In this document: positions 41,561 through 51,626 of the stretch, piece after piece
Position numbering within the stretch: position 1 is the stretch's first letter
Layout: each line of letters starts with the position of its first letter
Assembly: GCA_963695545.1 (NCBI GenBank)
Contig: OY968796.1
Coordinates: 1,152,001-1,216,000 of the forward strand
Reading direction: 5' to 3'
Length of the DNA stretch: 64,000 bases
Source: Terriglobia bacterium
GTDB lineage: Bacteria > Acidobacteriota > Terriglobia > Acidiferrales > UBA7541
The notes under the pieces: generated by a model
Seen by the model: the letters and a program-made list of their open reading frames with translations, nothing else
Databases searched by the model: none
Told to the model about the DNA's origin: nothing
Position numbers and translations under genes: made by a program

Positions 41561-42157
41561 TTGCGTCCCCTGCCGTTTTCCGCCGGTCCCCTCTACGCGA
41601 TTCTTTTCTGGGGAGCCTACGGCTTGTGGATCGTCCTGGAAACCATCGGGGGCGCGACCAAACGTTCCGGCGAGAGCTCCAAGGGTCGCGACCGAGGCTC
41701 CTACAAGCTGATCATGATTCTGCTTTGGCTCGGCCTCGGATTGGACTTCGCATTTTCCTTTATCATTCCGAAAGCCACGATACTCTGGCACCGGCATTTG
41801 CTCTTCTTCGTGGGAATCGCACTGATGCTTGCGGGATTGGCCTTTCGTTTCTACTCCATGTCGATTTTGGGCCGATTCTTTACCTACGATGTCGCTATTC
41901 GCTCCGGACACACCGTCATCGAGTCCGGACCGTATCGCTATATCCGCCACCCGTCCTACACTGGCGCTTTCGTCACTCTCGCCGGACTGGGCCTGGCGCT
42001 CGGCAATTGGGCAGGCCTTCTCGCGCTTCTAGCCTGCATGGGAATTGCCTATGCGTATCGCGTGCACGTTGAAGAAGCCGCACTCGTCGCGGCCCTGGGC
42101 GAGCCTTACGCGCTTTACATGCGCCGCACACAACGCTTCGTTCCATTCTTGTTCTAG
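41561..42157 (+). CDS. Isoprenylcysteine carboxylmethyltransferase family protein
   Basis: LGRFF, GPYRYIRHPSY, VEEAAL, RFVPFLF. Confidence 0.88.
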   Translation: MRPLPFSAGPLYAILFWGAYGLWIVLETIGGATKRSGESSKGRDRGSYKLIMILLWLGLGLDFAFSFIIPKATILWHRHLLFFVGIALMLAGLAFRFYSMSILGRFFTYDVAIRSGHTVIESGPYRYIRHPSYTGAFVTLAGLGLALGNWAGLLALLACMGIAYAYRVHVEEAALVAALGEPYALYMRRTQRFVPFLF

Positions 42158-42231
42158 AACGTGACTTCGCTCCAGTGAATTAAACCTACCGCCTCGGTTT
42201 CCAAATCGTCTAGACGCGCGCGAAGCGGCGA

Positions 42232-42705
42232 TTAAGCTTTTGGGTTGGATTTCGACGATTTTTTGGCCTTCGATCCGGAGGCCCGCCGCGCACCCGGCAC
42301 TTTCCCGATTCGAGCGTCCCCGGCCAGGATCAGCTCGCACGCGCGCAGCGCCGCCTCCTCGAAATCCTGCGCGTCGACTGGAAGCACTTGCCAGCCCGTG
42401 ATTTTCTTCCCCAGCAGTTGAATCGATCTCATATTCGGGAAATCGCGCCGCAAACTTTCGTGGTTTTCCACGTGAGTGGCCAACCAGACGCCGTTGTCTT
42501 CCGTAGAGGTGGGCCTGTCGCGGAGGATCAGAACAATCTTTTCCCCCACATAGACAGCGAGACACCCGAACATGGGATGTGTCCGCGGCGCGAGCGGAGC
42601 GATCGCGTCAAGCACAAATTCGTGCGGCACCCGCTTGCGTTTCTTTGCGCCGAAGAGCGTGTCATCCAGCGAAAGAAAATCCGTATTGCGGCGTGACTTC
42701 GGCAT
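42232..42705 (-). CDS. Hypothetical protein, TfoX-N-like
   Basis: PMFGCLAVYVGEKI, DNGVWLAT, IGKVP. Confidence 0.65.
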   Translation of the reverse strand: MPKSRRNTDFLSLDDTLFGAKKRKRVPHEFVLDAIAPLAPRTHPMFGCLAVYVGEKIVLILRDRPTSTEDNGVWLATHVENHESLRRDFPNMRSIQLLGKKITGWQVLPVDAQDFEEAALRACELILAGDARIGKVPGARRASGSKAKKSSKSNPKA

Positions 42706-42846
42706 GCGCGCGATGAATCGACTATCCCTTTTCTTCTGCTTCGAGCAAGCTCTGAATGTACCTTAATCTCGCTTCGCGCGGCGAGTCATCGACCGAGCAT
42801 TTTCGTCCGCGGCTTCAAGCAGCCGGTATCGCGGTATAATAGTTGA

Positions 42847-43410
42847 ATGGCTTGGGCCCAAAGTAACGCGCAGTCACCGCTCGCAATGCACGCAACCACT
42901 GTTCTCTGCGTGCGCCGCGACAATAAAGTAGTCCTCGCGGGCGACGGCCAGGTGACTCTGGGCGAGCACGTCATGAAACACACGGCGAAAAAAATCCGCC
43001 GGCTGTTTGAGGGCAAAGTTTTGGCCGGCTTCGCGGGTTCCACGGCCGACGCGCTTTCACTTTTCGAGCGCTTCGAGGGCAAGCTCCAGGAATTTCACGG
43101 CAATTTGCAGCGCGCCTCCGTCGAGCTCGCCAAGGAGTGGCGCAAAGACCGCGCGCTGCGCCACCTTGAAGCGCTGCTGATCGTGGCCGATTCCAAAGGC
43201 ACGTTTCTGCTCTCCGGAAATGGCGACGTCATCGAACCAGACGACGGCCTCTGCGCCATCGGCTCCGGCGGCCCTTATGCTCTTTCCGCCGCGCGAGCGC
43301 TCGCGCGCCACACGAAACTCGGCGCCAAGGAAATCGCGCAGGAAGCCATGCACGTGGCCAGCGAAATCTGCATCTATACGAATGGCAACGTCACGATCGA
43401 GGAGCTCTGA
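42847..43410 (+). CDS. hslV: ATP-dependent protease peptidase subunit HslV
   Basis: [35 protein letters not shown]. Confidence 0.97.
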   Translation: MAWAQSNAQSPLAMHATTVLCVRRDNKVVLAGDGQVTLGEHVMKHTAKKIRRLFEGKVLAGFAGSTADALSLFERFEGKLQEFHGNLQRASVELAKEWRKDRALRHLEALLIVADSKGTFLLSGNGDVIEPDDGLCAIGSGGPYALSAARALARHTKLGAKEIAQEAMHVASEICIYTNGNVTIEEL

Positions 43411-43422
43411 GGCAACCGACCC

Positions 43423-44856
43423 ATGGTGATCTATCTTCCAGGTGAGCAGCGCGAACCGGAACCCGAGCCGCAGCCGTCCTTCGACGAGCTGACGCCGCGG
43501 GAAATCGTCGCCGAGCTCGATAAATACATCGTCGGTCAGGCCGCCGCCAAGCGCGCCGTGGCCGTGGCGCTGCGCAATCGCGTGCGCCGCCAGAAATTGC
43601 CCGCCGAGCTTGCCGAGGAAATCCTGCCGAAAAATATTTTAATGATCGGACCAACCGGCGTCGGCAAAACGGAAATCGCGCGGCGTCTCGCGCGCCTCGC
43701 CGGTTGCCCTTTCATCAAGGTCGAAGCCTCGAAATACACCGAAGTGGGCTACGTGGGCCGCGACGTCGAATCCATGGTGCGCGATCTGGTCGAGACCTCG
43801 ATCGATATGATCCGCGAAGAGAAGCTCGACGAAGTCGCAGAGCGCGCCGACCAAACCGCCGAGGAACGTGTTCTCGATCTGCTGTTGCCGCCGTCACCCG
43901 CGCCATCGCCCGCGTCACCGGACGCGCCGCTCTCCACGGGAATCGCGCCCTCGGATACGCTGCGCCGCGAGCCAACCGATCGCACGCGCGAAAAACTGCG
44001 CGCGCAGTTGCGTGAAGGCAAACTCGATCAGCGCATGGTCGAAGTCGAAGTGCGCGAGCGCGCCATGCCTTCCTTCGAGATCATCACCAACCAGGGCGTC
44101 GAGGAAATGGACGTCAACGTCAAGGACATGCTCTCCGGCCTCTTCGGGCAGCAGAAAAAGAAACGCAAGATGACCGTCGCCGACGCCTTCGAGTACTTGA
44201 TCCAGGAGGAAGAAAACAAACTCATCGACATGGATCAGGTCACGCGTGCGGCCGTCGAGCGCGCCGAACAAATGGGCATCATCTTTATCGACGAAATCGA
44301 CAAAGTCGCCGGACGCGAATCGGGGCACGGGCCCGACGTCTCTCGCGAAGGCGTGCAGCGCGATATCCTGCCCATCGTCGAAGGCACCACCGTGAACACG
44401 CGCTACGGAATGATCCGCACCGACCACATTCTGTTCATCGCCGCCGGCGCGTTCCACGTCACCAAGCCGTCCGATCTGATCCCTGAGCTTCAGGGCCGCT
44501 TGCCGATCCGCGTCGAGCTTTCCGCGCTGCGCGAAGAGGATTTCGTGCGCATCCTCACCGAGCCCAAAAACGCGCTGCTCAAGCAGTACACCGCGCTGCT
44601 GGAAACCGAAGGCGTGAAGCTCAGCTTCACCGACGACGCCGTCGCCGCCGTGGCGCGCTTCGCCGTGCAGGTAAATGAACAAACCGAAAATATCGGCGCG
44701 CGACGCTTGCACACCATTCTCGAGCGCCTGCTCGACGAAATTTCGTTCGAGGCGCCCGAATTGAAAAAGAAAAACGTGAAAGTCGACGGCGCCTACGTCT
44801 CAAAGCAACTCGCTGAAATCGTCAAGAACCAGGACCTCAGCCGGTACATCCTCTGA
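43423..44856 (+). CDS. hslU: ATP-dependent protease ATPase subunit HslU
   Basis: [43 protein letters not shown]. Confidence 0.97.
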   Translation: MVIYLPGEQREPEPEPQPSFDELTPREIVAELDKYIVGQAAAKRAVAVALRNRVRRQKLPAELAEEILPKNILMIGPTGVGKTEIARRLARLAGCPFIKVEASKYTEVGYVGRDVESMVRDLVETSIDMIREEKLDEVAERADQTAEERVLDLLLPPSPAPSPASPDAPLSTGIAPSDTLRREPTDRTREKLRAQLREGKLDQRMVEVEVRERAMPSFEIITNQGVEEMDVNVKDMLSGLFGQQKKKRKMTVADAFEYLIQEEENKLIDMDQVTRAAVERAEQMGIIFIDEIDKVAGRESGHGPDVSREGVQRDILPIVEGTTVNTRYGMIRTDHILFIAAGAFHVTKPSDLIPELQGRLPIRVELSALREEDFVRILTEPKNALLKQYTALLETEGVKLSFTDDAVAAVARFAVQVNEQTENIGARRLHTILERLLDEISFEAPELKKKNVKVDGAYVSKQLAEIVKNQDLSRYIL

Positions 44857-44873
44857 CGGCTCGCGAAGCGGAT

Positions 44874-46115
44874 ATGCGCGCCTCGGTTCTCCATTCCATA
44901 CCACAACGCCTCGTTCCCGCCTTCAGCACACAGCGTGGCTTGAAGCGCCGCGCACCGCGCAGATCAGAATTGCGCCGTGGTTCAGAAATTCCCGAACGCA
45001 TTGGCGGCCGCACTGGAATCGCGTTGCTCCTCGCGCTCGCAACTTTCGCCGTCGCTGGCTGCGGCGCGCCCGGTGAGCCTGAACCGCCAAAACCAATCGT
45101 GCCGCAACCCGTCGCCGATCTCGCCGCGCGGCAGCAAGGCGACACCGTAATCCTGACCTTCACGCTGCCGGCTCGTTCGACCGAAAATGAGAATTTGGAC
45201 GGCGTTCCCACGGTTGAGATTTACCGCGGCATGCTCGCTGCGGGAGAAGCGGGCCATAAAACAACTACGCATCTCGTCTACACAATTCCTGCCGCGCTCG
45301 TGGATACCTATCTCTCCGGCGAACATTTGGAATTTCGCGATCCATTTCACACCGATGATCTCGCGCGCGAAGCCGGCGCGAGCATGGTGTACATGGTGCG
45401 CACGAACGTCTCGCGCCGGCACGATTCCGCCGATTCCAACATCGCCGAAACGCAAATCTATCCCGTGCCCGCTCCACCCGTCGCGCTGCGTGCTGTCGTC
45501 ACCGAGCACGCGATCGAAGTCGCCTGGGACGCTCCCGCGGCGGCCTCGGGAATTTCAGGCTACCGCGTTTATCGCGGCGAACTCGCATCCGATTCCCCGC
45601 CGAACGAAACCGATCTCGCCAAAATGAAATTCGTTTCGCCGCTCGCGCTCGCGGGACCGGCATCCGAAACAGCCTTCGACGACGCGCAGTTTGAGTTCGG
45701 CCACACCTACGTCTATATCGTGCGCAGTGTGGCGCAATACGGACCGAACGAAGTTGAATCGGACGATTCCGCGCCCGCTATCGTCACCCCGCGCGACACA
45801 TTCCCTCCCGCCGCGCCGCGCGGCCTCGAAGCAATTTACGTCCCGGCAACCGCCGGGGCGCCTGCCGACATCGAACTCTCGTGGGACATCAGCCCGGAAT
45901 CGGACCTGGCCGGTTACAACGTCTATCGCAGTGAACAACCGGGCACACGAGGCCAGAGATTAAACCCGGAATTGTTGCCCAGCCCGGCGTTTCGTGATAT
46001 TCAGGTGGCCGCCGACAAGCATTACTTCTATTCGGTTTCCGCCGTCGATCGGGCTGGCAATGAAAGCTCCCTGAGCCCCGCGGTTTCCGCAGAAGTCCCG
46101 GCGAATTCGCCGTAG
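44874..46115 (+). CDS. Lipoprotein with fibronectin type III-like domains (true start may be further downstream)
   Basis: Lipobox VAGC, GYRVYR/GYNVYR, YSVSAVDRAGNES. Confidence 0.8.
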   Translation: MRASVLHSIPQRLVPAFSTQRGLKRRAPRRSELRRGSEIPERIGGRTGIALLLALATFAVAGCGAPGEPEPPKPIVPQPVADLAARQQGDTVILTFTLPARSTENENLDGVPTVEIYRGMLAAGEAGHKTTTHLVYTIPAALVDTYLSGEHLEFRDPFHTDDLAREAGASMVYMVRTNVSRRHDSADSNIAETQIYPVPAPPVALRAVVTEHAIEVAWDAPAAASGISGYRVYRGELASDSPPNETDLAKMKFVSPLALAGPASETAFDDAQFEFGHTYVYIVRSVAQYGPNEVESDDSAPAIVTPRDTFPPAAPRGLEAIYVPATAGAPADIELSWDISPESDLAGYNVYRSEQPGTRGQRLNPELLPSPAFRDIQVAADKHYFYSVSAVDRAGNESSLSPAVSAEVPANSP

Positions 46116-46149
46116 GCAGCTAGGCTCCGCAAGGAAAAAAGAAAGAGGC

Positions 46150-46614
46150 GTGAAGGCGATGACCCGAACTCAATTCTCGGGCATAGAGAGATTTTTCTCG
46201 CTGCGCGGCGCGACGCTGCGCACCGGAATCTTCACGGGCCTCGCGCTTTCCGCGGTGCTGGTGGCGTGGGTGCTCGTAGCCAATCGCGTCGCGCAACTTG
46301 AATCCTTCGCGCTCGAGCGCAATTGCGCCGCCGTCGGCGCGTTGCTGGCGCTGATGGCCATTCCGGTTTGCCGGTTCGTGAAATCTCCACGCGCGCTGTT
46401 TATTTCCGGCGTTGCCGCCTGGACGATTTTGACGTTCGCGTATATGGCGTTGGAAGTGTTTTTTCCGCGCCTCGAAGATCGAATGGGGCCGTTGCAACTC
46501 TTCATGCTCGGAGCGACATCCTACGGGCTTCTGGCCGTAATCGGTTGGGTGATCGGCATTATCCGCCTCGCGCGTCACCAGCCCCTGGTAGCGACGCGGC
46601 GCAGACATCCCTGA
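46150..46614 (+). CDS. Hypothetical membrane protein
   Basis: Four hydrophobic segments. Confidence 0.6.
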   Translation: MKAMTRTQFSGIERFFSLRGATLRTGIFTGLALSAVLVAWVLVANRVAQLESFALERNCAAVGALLALMAIPVCRFVKSPRALFISGVAAWTILTFAYMALEVFFPRLEDRMGPLQLFMLGATSYGLLAVIGWVIGIIRLARHQPLVATRRRHP

Positions 46615-46716
46615 TCCTCGCTCGCGCCGTCCCGCTGATCTGTCTCCTTCGGCGTTGTGATTTCCCGCAACGATCCCAACCCGACCCGTGGGCGGTCCAG
46701 CCTTTGACCTGAGGTG

Positions 46717-46881
46717 GGGGGTAGCGCACCCTTTGCCCGCGTCTGTAGTTTTTCAGTCCTCACGCGCAGATTCTACTAATAGCGACCTTCACCCTGGAGT
46801 AACATCGGGCGTCTGTCGGGCTGCGGTGTGCGCAGCCCGGGGTGGCCCATCCTTTGTCCGCTGCGGCGGACAAAGGGTGGG
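46717..46881. repeat. Left arm of the long inverted repeat containing a REP-like hairpin
   Basis: GGGGTGGCCCATCCTTTGTCCGCTGCGGCGGACAAAGGGTGGG; the core 46784-46881 matches the reverse complement of 47480-47576. Confidence 0.85.
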
Positions 46882-46898
46882 TCCGTGGGCTCCCCTTG

Positions 46899-47456
46899 AT
46901 GCCCTGGAATCTCAAATGCTACTACGGCAGCCAAGACCTCCATTTCCTTACGTACACGTGCTACCGGCGGTTGCCACTTCTTTCCTCCGCGCGCGCCAGA
47001 AACGTGTTCGTTGAGATTCTCGCGGAAGTCCGCGATGGCTACGGTTTTCTTCTCGCCGGATACGTCGTGATGCCTAACCACGTTCATCTCCTGATCGGCG
47101 AACCCGCGAAAGGAACGCCTTCCACCGTGATGCAAGTGCTCAAGCAAAGAGTCTCGCGCCGCCTGCGCGCCAGGAAGAGGCGCGCGCCGCAAACGCAACT
47201 CCAGCTCGCATTCGTCGAAGGCGAACTCATGCCGCGGCAATTCTGGCAGCGCAGATTTCACGATTTCAACCTGTGGAGTCACAAGAAAATAATCGAAAAG
47301 CTCGAATACGTGCACATGAATCCGGTGAAGAACAACCTGGTGGAACATTCGAAGCACCGCGCTCCGCGCGGGCCGGCAAAGGACTGGCCGTGGAGCAGTT
47401 GGTCGTACTACGCGAAGGGCGAGCAAGGACTCGTCCGGATCGACGAGAGTTCGTAG
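46899..47456 (+). mobile_element. REP-associated tyrosine transposase (RAYT, Y1 HUH family)
   Basis: HFLTYTC, YVVMPNHVHLL (HUH), FWQRRFHD, EYVHMNPVK, DWPWSS. Confidence 0.92.
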
Positions 47457-47479
47457 AAGCGATCCCGGAAATCGAAAGC

Positions 47480-47643
47480 CCCACCCGTTGTCCGCTGCGG
47501 CGGACAAAGAATGGGCACCCCGGGCTGCACAAGGCGCAGTCCGCCAGACGCGCCACGTTACTCCAAGGTGAAGGTCGTTAGTGGTATCATTCGCGCGTGG
47601 AGCACGAGAATCGCGAGACGCCCATATAGGGTCTGCCACCCGC
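47480..47643. repeat. Right arm of the long inverted repeat containing a REP-like hairpin
   Basis: CCCACCCGTTGTCCGCTGCGGCGGACAAAGAATGGGCACCCCGGGCTG...TTACTCCAAGGTGAAGGTC...CTGCCACCCGCC. Confidence 0.85.
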
Positions 47644-47645
47644 CC

Positions 47646-48119
47646 GTGCAGAACGTACAGAGCTTCCGCGCTTCCCCGGGGTGCACGGCAGCAGTCACAG
47701 CCCTCTCGACGGTTGCCGGAGCCTACGCCGGGGCATCGGTTCTCGGCCCCTTGCTAGCGCCGGCAGGCGCTGCTGCAGGGGCGCCGGGAGGGCCGCCAGG
47801 CGCCGCCGCGGGAGTCGCGGCGGCAGAGGTCGCCGGCGCTGCGGCAGGCGGGGCTGCCGGCCACGCAATCGCCCCAGCCGTTTCAAATATAATGTGCTCC
47901 TCCGGCACGGGGAGCGGAGGCCAGAGCGGCGGGTCGCGCGGCGGAGGCAGTGGGCAGAGAGAGAACCGGGCATTTAAAGAGGCAGTTAGGAGGATCAATC
48001 AGGATAGACGGGAGCCGTTGACCCCGGACCAGGTTCGAGCGCTTCACGACGAAATCCCGAACCAAGGATTTAGCCTTGATGAGATAGTGGAAATCGGCAA
48101 GGGAATGTTCAGGAACTGA
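47646..48119 (+). CDS. Orphan polymorphic-toxin C-terminal fragment (candidate)
   Basis: Gly/Ala-rich hydrophobic segment, GS linker, small helical domain ENRAFKEA...LHDEI...EIVE; begins at the REP boundary with no RHS core. Confidence 0.55.
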   Translation: MQNVQSFRASPGCTAAVTALSTVAGAYAGASVLGPLLAPAGAAAGAPGGPPGAAAGVAAAEVAGAAAGGAAGHAIAPAVSNIMCSSGTGSGGQSGGSRGGGSGQRENRAFKEAVRRINQDRREPLTPDQVRALHDEIPNQGFSLDEIVEIGKGMFRN

Positions 48120-48131
48120 GGACGGAAAACC

Positions 48132-48623
48132 ATGAGTGCTGCAAACGCGGAGATTATGGAAATCGTATCGACTCTAAAGGGCAAGGCGCCCTGGGGGGTC
48201 CGCTTGGGTCATGGTTCGTTCGTAACGATGGAGTTTGGAGACCCGGATCCCAGAGCAGGCGGTCGGGTCATCCATGGCGAGTGGCACCTGTGGCTGTACA
48301 TGTGTAACTGGAGGATCGAGGCCAAACACAGGATTTTCGCGGGATCAAACGACGACCGCAAAGCGATTGAGGCAACGCTGGGAGATTTATCGTTTGACAG
48401 CATCGAATCGATCGACGTTATACAGCCGTCGCTAGATCTCTCCATTCAGTTCCGGTCAGGGATAAGGATACTTACATTTTCGTCTTCCTCTGATCACGAT
48501 GAAGAAGAGTGGAAGCTATTTACCCCCGGCGGGAAATGCCTGCTGGCGTACGGCGACGGCACCTATGAGTACGCCAGAAGCGACGAACCTAGTCCACGGA
48601 CGAGCGGCGGCCCCGAGGCCTAG
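48132..48623 (+). CDS. Hypothetical protein, candidate immunity protein
   Basis: Starts 12 nt after the toxin-like ORF; acidic soluble 163 aa; lower GC. Confidence 0.55.
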   Translation: MSAANAEIMEIVSTLKGKAPWGVRLGHGSFVTMEFGDPDPRAGGRVIHGEWHLWLYMCNWRIEAKHRIFAGSNDDRKAIEATLGDLSFDSIESIDVIQPSLDLSIQFRSGIRILTFSSSSDHDEEEWKLFTPGGKCLLAYGDGTYEYARSDEPSPRTSGGPEA

Positions 48624-48732
48624 ATCGGCGGGTGGCGCAGCCTTTGACGTGAGGGTGGCCCTCGATAAGAACGAAGGCGCTGTCAAGGCGCAGAACGCAC
48701 GTCCCGGTGTTTTACCACCGCGGCGTTGCCAC

Positions 48733-48909
48733 AGAAGATGGAGGACCAAGACTCTGGAAATCTCACGGTAAATCATTTCGCTATGCCCCACACCAACCGT
48801 ATTCGAATAATAACTTATAGATAATATTGACATTACATTGCCGCCCGTGCTATCATGTTGCATGAGCCTCGTACCGCACCTCTCATCCGCATTCCCGCGC
48901 AAGATTTTT
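48733..48909 (+). repeat. 177-bp promoter-containing element, copy 1
   Basis: Ungapped match to the reverse complement of 53221-53397; TTGACA(48827)-18 nt-TATCAT(48851), ATG at 48862. Confidence 0.9.
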
Positions 48910-49395
48910 CCGTTCGGGCCCGGCTCAGCCGCGCAAATCCTGGCGGACAACTTTACGCCCGCACGTCGGAGCCTGCCTGCCGCCCGCCCTGCTCGGCCTA
49001 CAAAATCCCATCGATTGACCACAACCGAACCGTGCTTACCCGCACAAACGCGTCGCCGTAAACCGCTGATTCCAAACCAAATGCAAAAGAGTGCGCATCT
49101 TGCTGAAAATAAACGCTCGCAAGCCCATTGCGCTCAATCTCTTGCGCACTCTTTCTCACTCTTTTCCCGCAAGCCCTGTATTTGCCGCTCTTACGCAAAA
49201 GATACCCGGGGGTGTACCCCCCTCCAGCCGCGATCTCGCTCCCGCAACACGCATCACAAGCTCATCTCAGCCCGCAGTGACGGGGAGGTCGGCTCTCGGC
49301 GTTTCGACGGTCAAAACCTGCGTCCCACTGGCTGCGTGGAAGGCCTTCCGCGGTTCCTGTAAACTATCCGCGGCACAACGCCTAAAAGGGACATC

Positions 49396-50208
49396 ATGAA
49401 ATTTTGCCGATTCCAATTGCTTGAATTCAATGCCGCCGCGGCCGGCCGCTCCGGCGAAACCGTGCATCCCGAGCCGCGCATCGGCCGCGTCGAAGGCGAC
49501 ACGGTTCACGAACTCTCCGGCAGCCTGCTTGGCGAGAACAAGGCTTCCGGCCACACGTGGAAACTTTCCGAAGTGGCTCTGCTGCCGCCGTCGGTGCCCA
49601 CCAAAATCGTTTGCGTCGGGCGCAATTACCTCGAACACGCCGCCGAATTCAACAGCGAAGTTCCCAAGGAGCCGCTGATCTTTCTGAAACCGCCCTCCGC
49701 AATTATTGCGTCCGGAGAAACAATCGTTCTGCCCGCGATTTCCAAGCGCGTCGATTACGAAGGCGAGCTGTGCGTGGTGATCGCGCGGCGCTGCCGAAAA
49801 TTGTCCGATACGGACGACGTTCGCCCGTACATCGCCGGATACACCTGCTTGAACGACGTCAGCGCGCGCGATTTGCAATTCACGGATCCGCAATGGACGC
49901 GCGCGAAAGGATTTGACACGTTCTGCCCGTTCGGTCCCGTGCTCGAGACTGAACTCGATCTCAAGCACACCACGGTTGAGACTTACCTCAATGGCGTTAA
50001 GAAACAGTCCGCGCCGACCACGGACATGATTTTTTCCGTTGATGTTATAATTCGCTGGATCTCGCGCGTGATGACGTTCGAGCCGGGCGACATCATTGCC
50101 ACTGGCACGCCCTCGGGCGTCGGTCCGCTGGCCGCGGGCGACATCGTGGAAGTCGTCGTCAGCGGCGTCGGCACGCTGCGCAATTCGGTTCAGGCGGCGA
50201 ACTCTTAG
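49396..50208 (+). CDS. Fumarylacetoacetate hydrolase family protein
   Basis: KIVCVGRNY, FLKPPS, DYEGEL, NDVSARD, KGFDTFCP, TGTPSGVG. Confidence 0.93.
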   Translation: MKFCRFQLLEFNAAAAGRSGETVHPEPRIGRVEGDTVHELSGSLLGENKASGHTWKLSEVALLPPSVPTKIVCVGRNYLEHAAEFNSEVPKEPLIFLKPPSAIIASGETIVLPAISKRVDYEGELCVVIARRCRKLSDTDDVRPYIAGYTCLNDVSARDLQFTDPQWTRAKGFDTFCPFGPVLETELDLKHTTVETYLNGVKKQSAPTTDMIFSVDVIIRWISRVMTFEPGDIIATGTPSGVGPLAAGDIVEVVVSGVGTLRNSVQAANS

Positions 50209-50242
50209 CGCCAGCCGCGATGCGCGGACAAACAGGAATGAA

Positions 50243-50707
50243 TTGAAGGCGCTCACCGACGATTGGAGGCTCCTTGCCGCAGCGGGCGCGGCCGTCGCGG
50301 TGGCGATTGCCGTCGCGTCGTACGCGAAATTTCGCCGCCGCCCCGATGCCGACGAGATCGAGCGCAGGCGGCGCGCGCACGTGAATCAGATAGGACGCAT
50401 CGCCGAAGGACGCGTCACGGAACTCGCGGAGGTTCCGCCGTCCGCCGCGCCGAACGCTCGCTTCGGGATGTTTCGCGGCGCCGACAAAAATTCCGCCAAC
50501 CGCGCGGCGCGCAACCGAAAACTTCTCTGGTACACCTACTCGATTTCCGGCGTCACGTACGAAACCGCGCAGGACATCACCGGTCTTGAACATCGCGCCG
50601 CCGGACGCGGGCAATTGCTCTCCGGTCAACTAGCAAGCGTGAAGTACGATCCGGCGAACCCGAGCAATTCCATCCTGGTATCGGAAGACTGGTCGGGCCT
50701 GCACTAG
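50243..50707 (+). CDS. Hypothetical TM-anchored protein (DUF3592-like)
   Basis: YTYSISGVTY, VKYDPANPSNS. Confidence 0.65.
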   Translation: MKALTDDWRLLAAAGAAVAVAIAVASYAKFRRRPDADEIERRRRAHVNQIGRIAEGRVTELAEVPPSAAPNARFGMFRGADKNSANRAARNRKLLWYTYSISGVTYETAQDITGLEHRAAGRGQLLSGQLASVKYDPANPSNSILVSEDWSGLH

Positions 50708-50762
50708 CTCGCATCGCGCACCGCGCTCGAATCAACTGAAGCGGCGGAGACCGCTGATTCAG

Positions 50763-51047
50763 ATGTCGCAAATGCCCCGAAAAATCGCGATCGGCGTGTT
50801 CGCAGTGGTCGCAGCATTCAGCGTTCTGCTGGCTGCATCGGTCGCGGTTGTTTTTGCCACGCTGCGCATCGAGCGCATCGCAGCTCCTGCCGCGCACGCG
50901 GTCGCAGCCTTCGGCGAGCTGATTCTTGGCGCGGCCGTGCTGCTCGTGGCCGTCTACATCTCGACGCGCGTCGTCGTTCGCTCCCTCGCGACGGAAGTCG
51001 GCACTACTGGACGGCGCGACCTAACACCTCCCAAGCAAAAACCCTGA
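50763..51047 (+). CDS. Small 2-TM hypothetical protein
   Basis: Two hydrophobic helices. Confidence 0.5.
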   Translation: MSQMPRKIAIGVFAVVAAFSVLLAASVAVVFATLRIERIAAPAAHAVAAFGELILGAAVLLVAVYISTRVVVRSLATEVGTTGRRDLTPPKQKP

Positions 51048-51570
51048 AAGATTGGTGGGTAGGATGTATCAGTCCTCCACGGCGGGCTTCGATCCGCTCT
51101 GACAATCTCATTTGGAGAACGTTTCCCGCGATCGCCTGGAAGGACTCAACCAGAGGAGTGAGATCAATCCTGGCCGGATCATGCTCATATCCGATTACGA
51201 GTACCGCTCGACGCTCAGACCCTGAATACTCCAGCAGTTTGTAGCAATCGCCGATCGTGCTGACGTTTCCGGGATAGGGGTGTAAAAGATTGACCGACCA
51301 ATTCTCCGCTTCCTTGCCGTTGTCTCCAAATGGACGCGTGATCTTGACTTCGACTGCCCACTCGCCCGGGACGAGGAGATCTGAAGTTCTCTTTGTCCGG
51401 ACGCTCCCCCGATACCTCGGCAGCGTGTTTAAGTGCAATGAGATGCGCTTGACCAACTGAGGTTCGCCATACGGTCCAACACCCGGCTGGAACGCCCGAA
51501 AGTTCTCGTGAGACGCATCGACCTGAACGAGCGCGTCGCTGATATCCGAGACTAGTTCTTGCAAGGTCAT
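51004..51570 (-). CDS. Hypothetical protein, possible PD-(D/E)XK nuclease fold
   Basis: E...SDLLV...WAVEVK pattern; lower GC. Confidence 0.55.
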   Translation of the reverse strand: MTLQELVSDISDALVQVDASHENFRAFQPGVGPYGEPQLVKRISLHLNTLPRYRGSVRTKRTSDLLVPGEWAVEVKITRPFGDNGKEAENWSVNLLHPYPGNVSTIGDCYKLLEYSGSERRAVLVIGYEHDPARIDLTPLVESFQAIAGNVLQMRLSERIEARRGGLIHPTHQSFRVFAWEVLGRAVQ

Positions 51571-51626
51571 TGGCGAACCATTGTGAGAAGCGATTAGATG
51601 GCCAGTACCGCCTTTCCCTCCCTGAG

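Noticed and set aside
48800..48826. TATTCGAATAA-taac-TTATAGATAAT resembling a dif/XerCD site inside the 177-bp element
   Set aside because: The spacer is 4 nt rather than 6, and the XerD-like arm is not conserved in the second copy.
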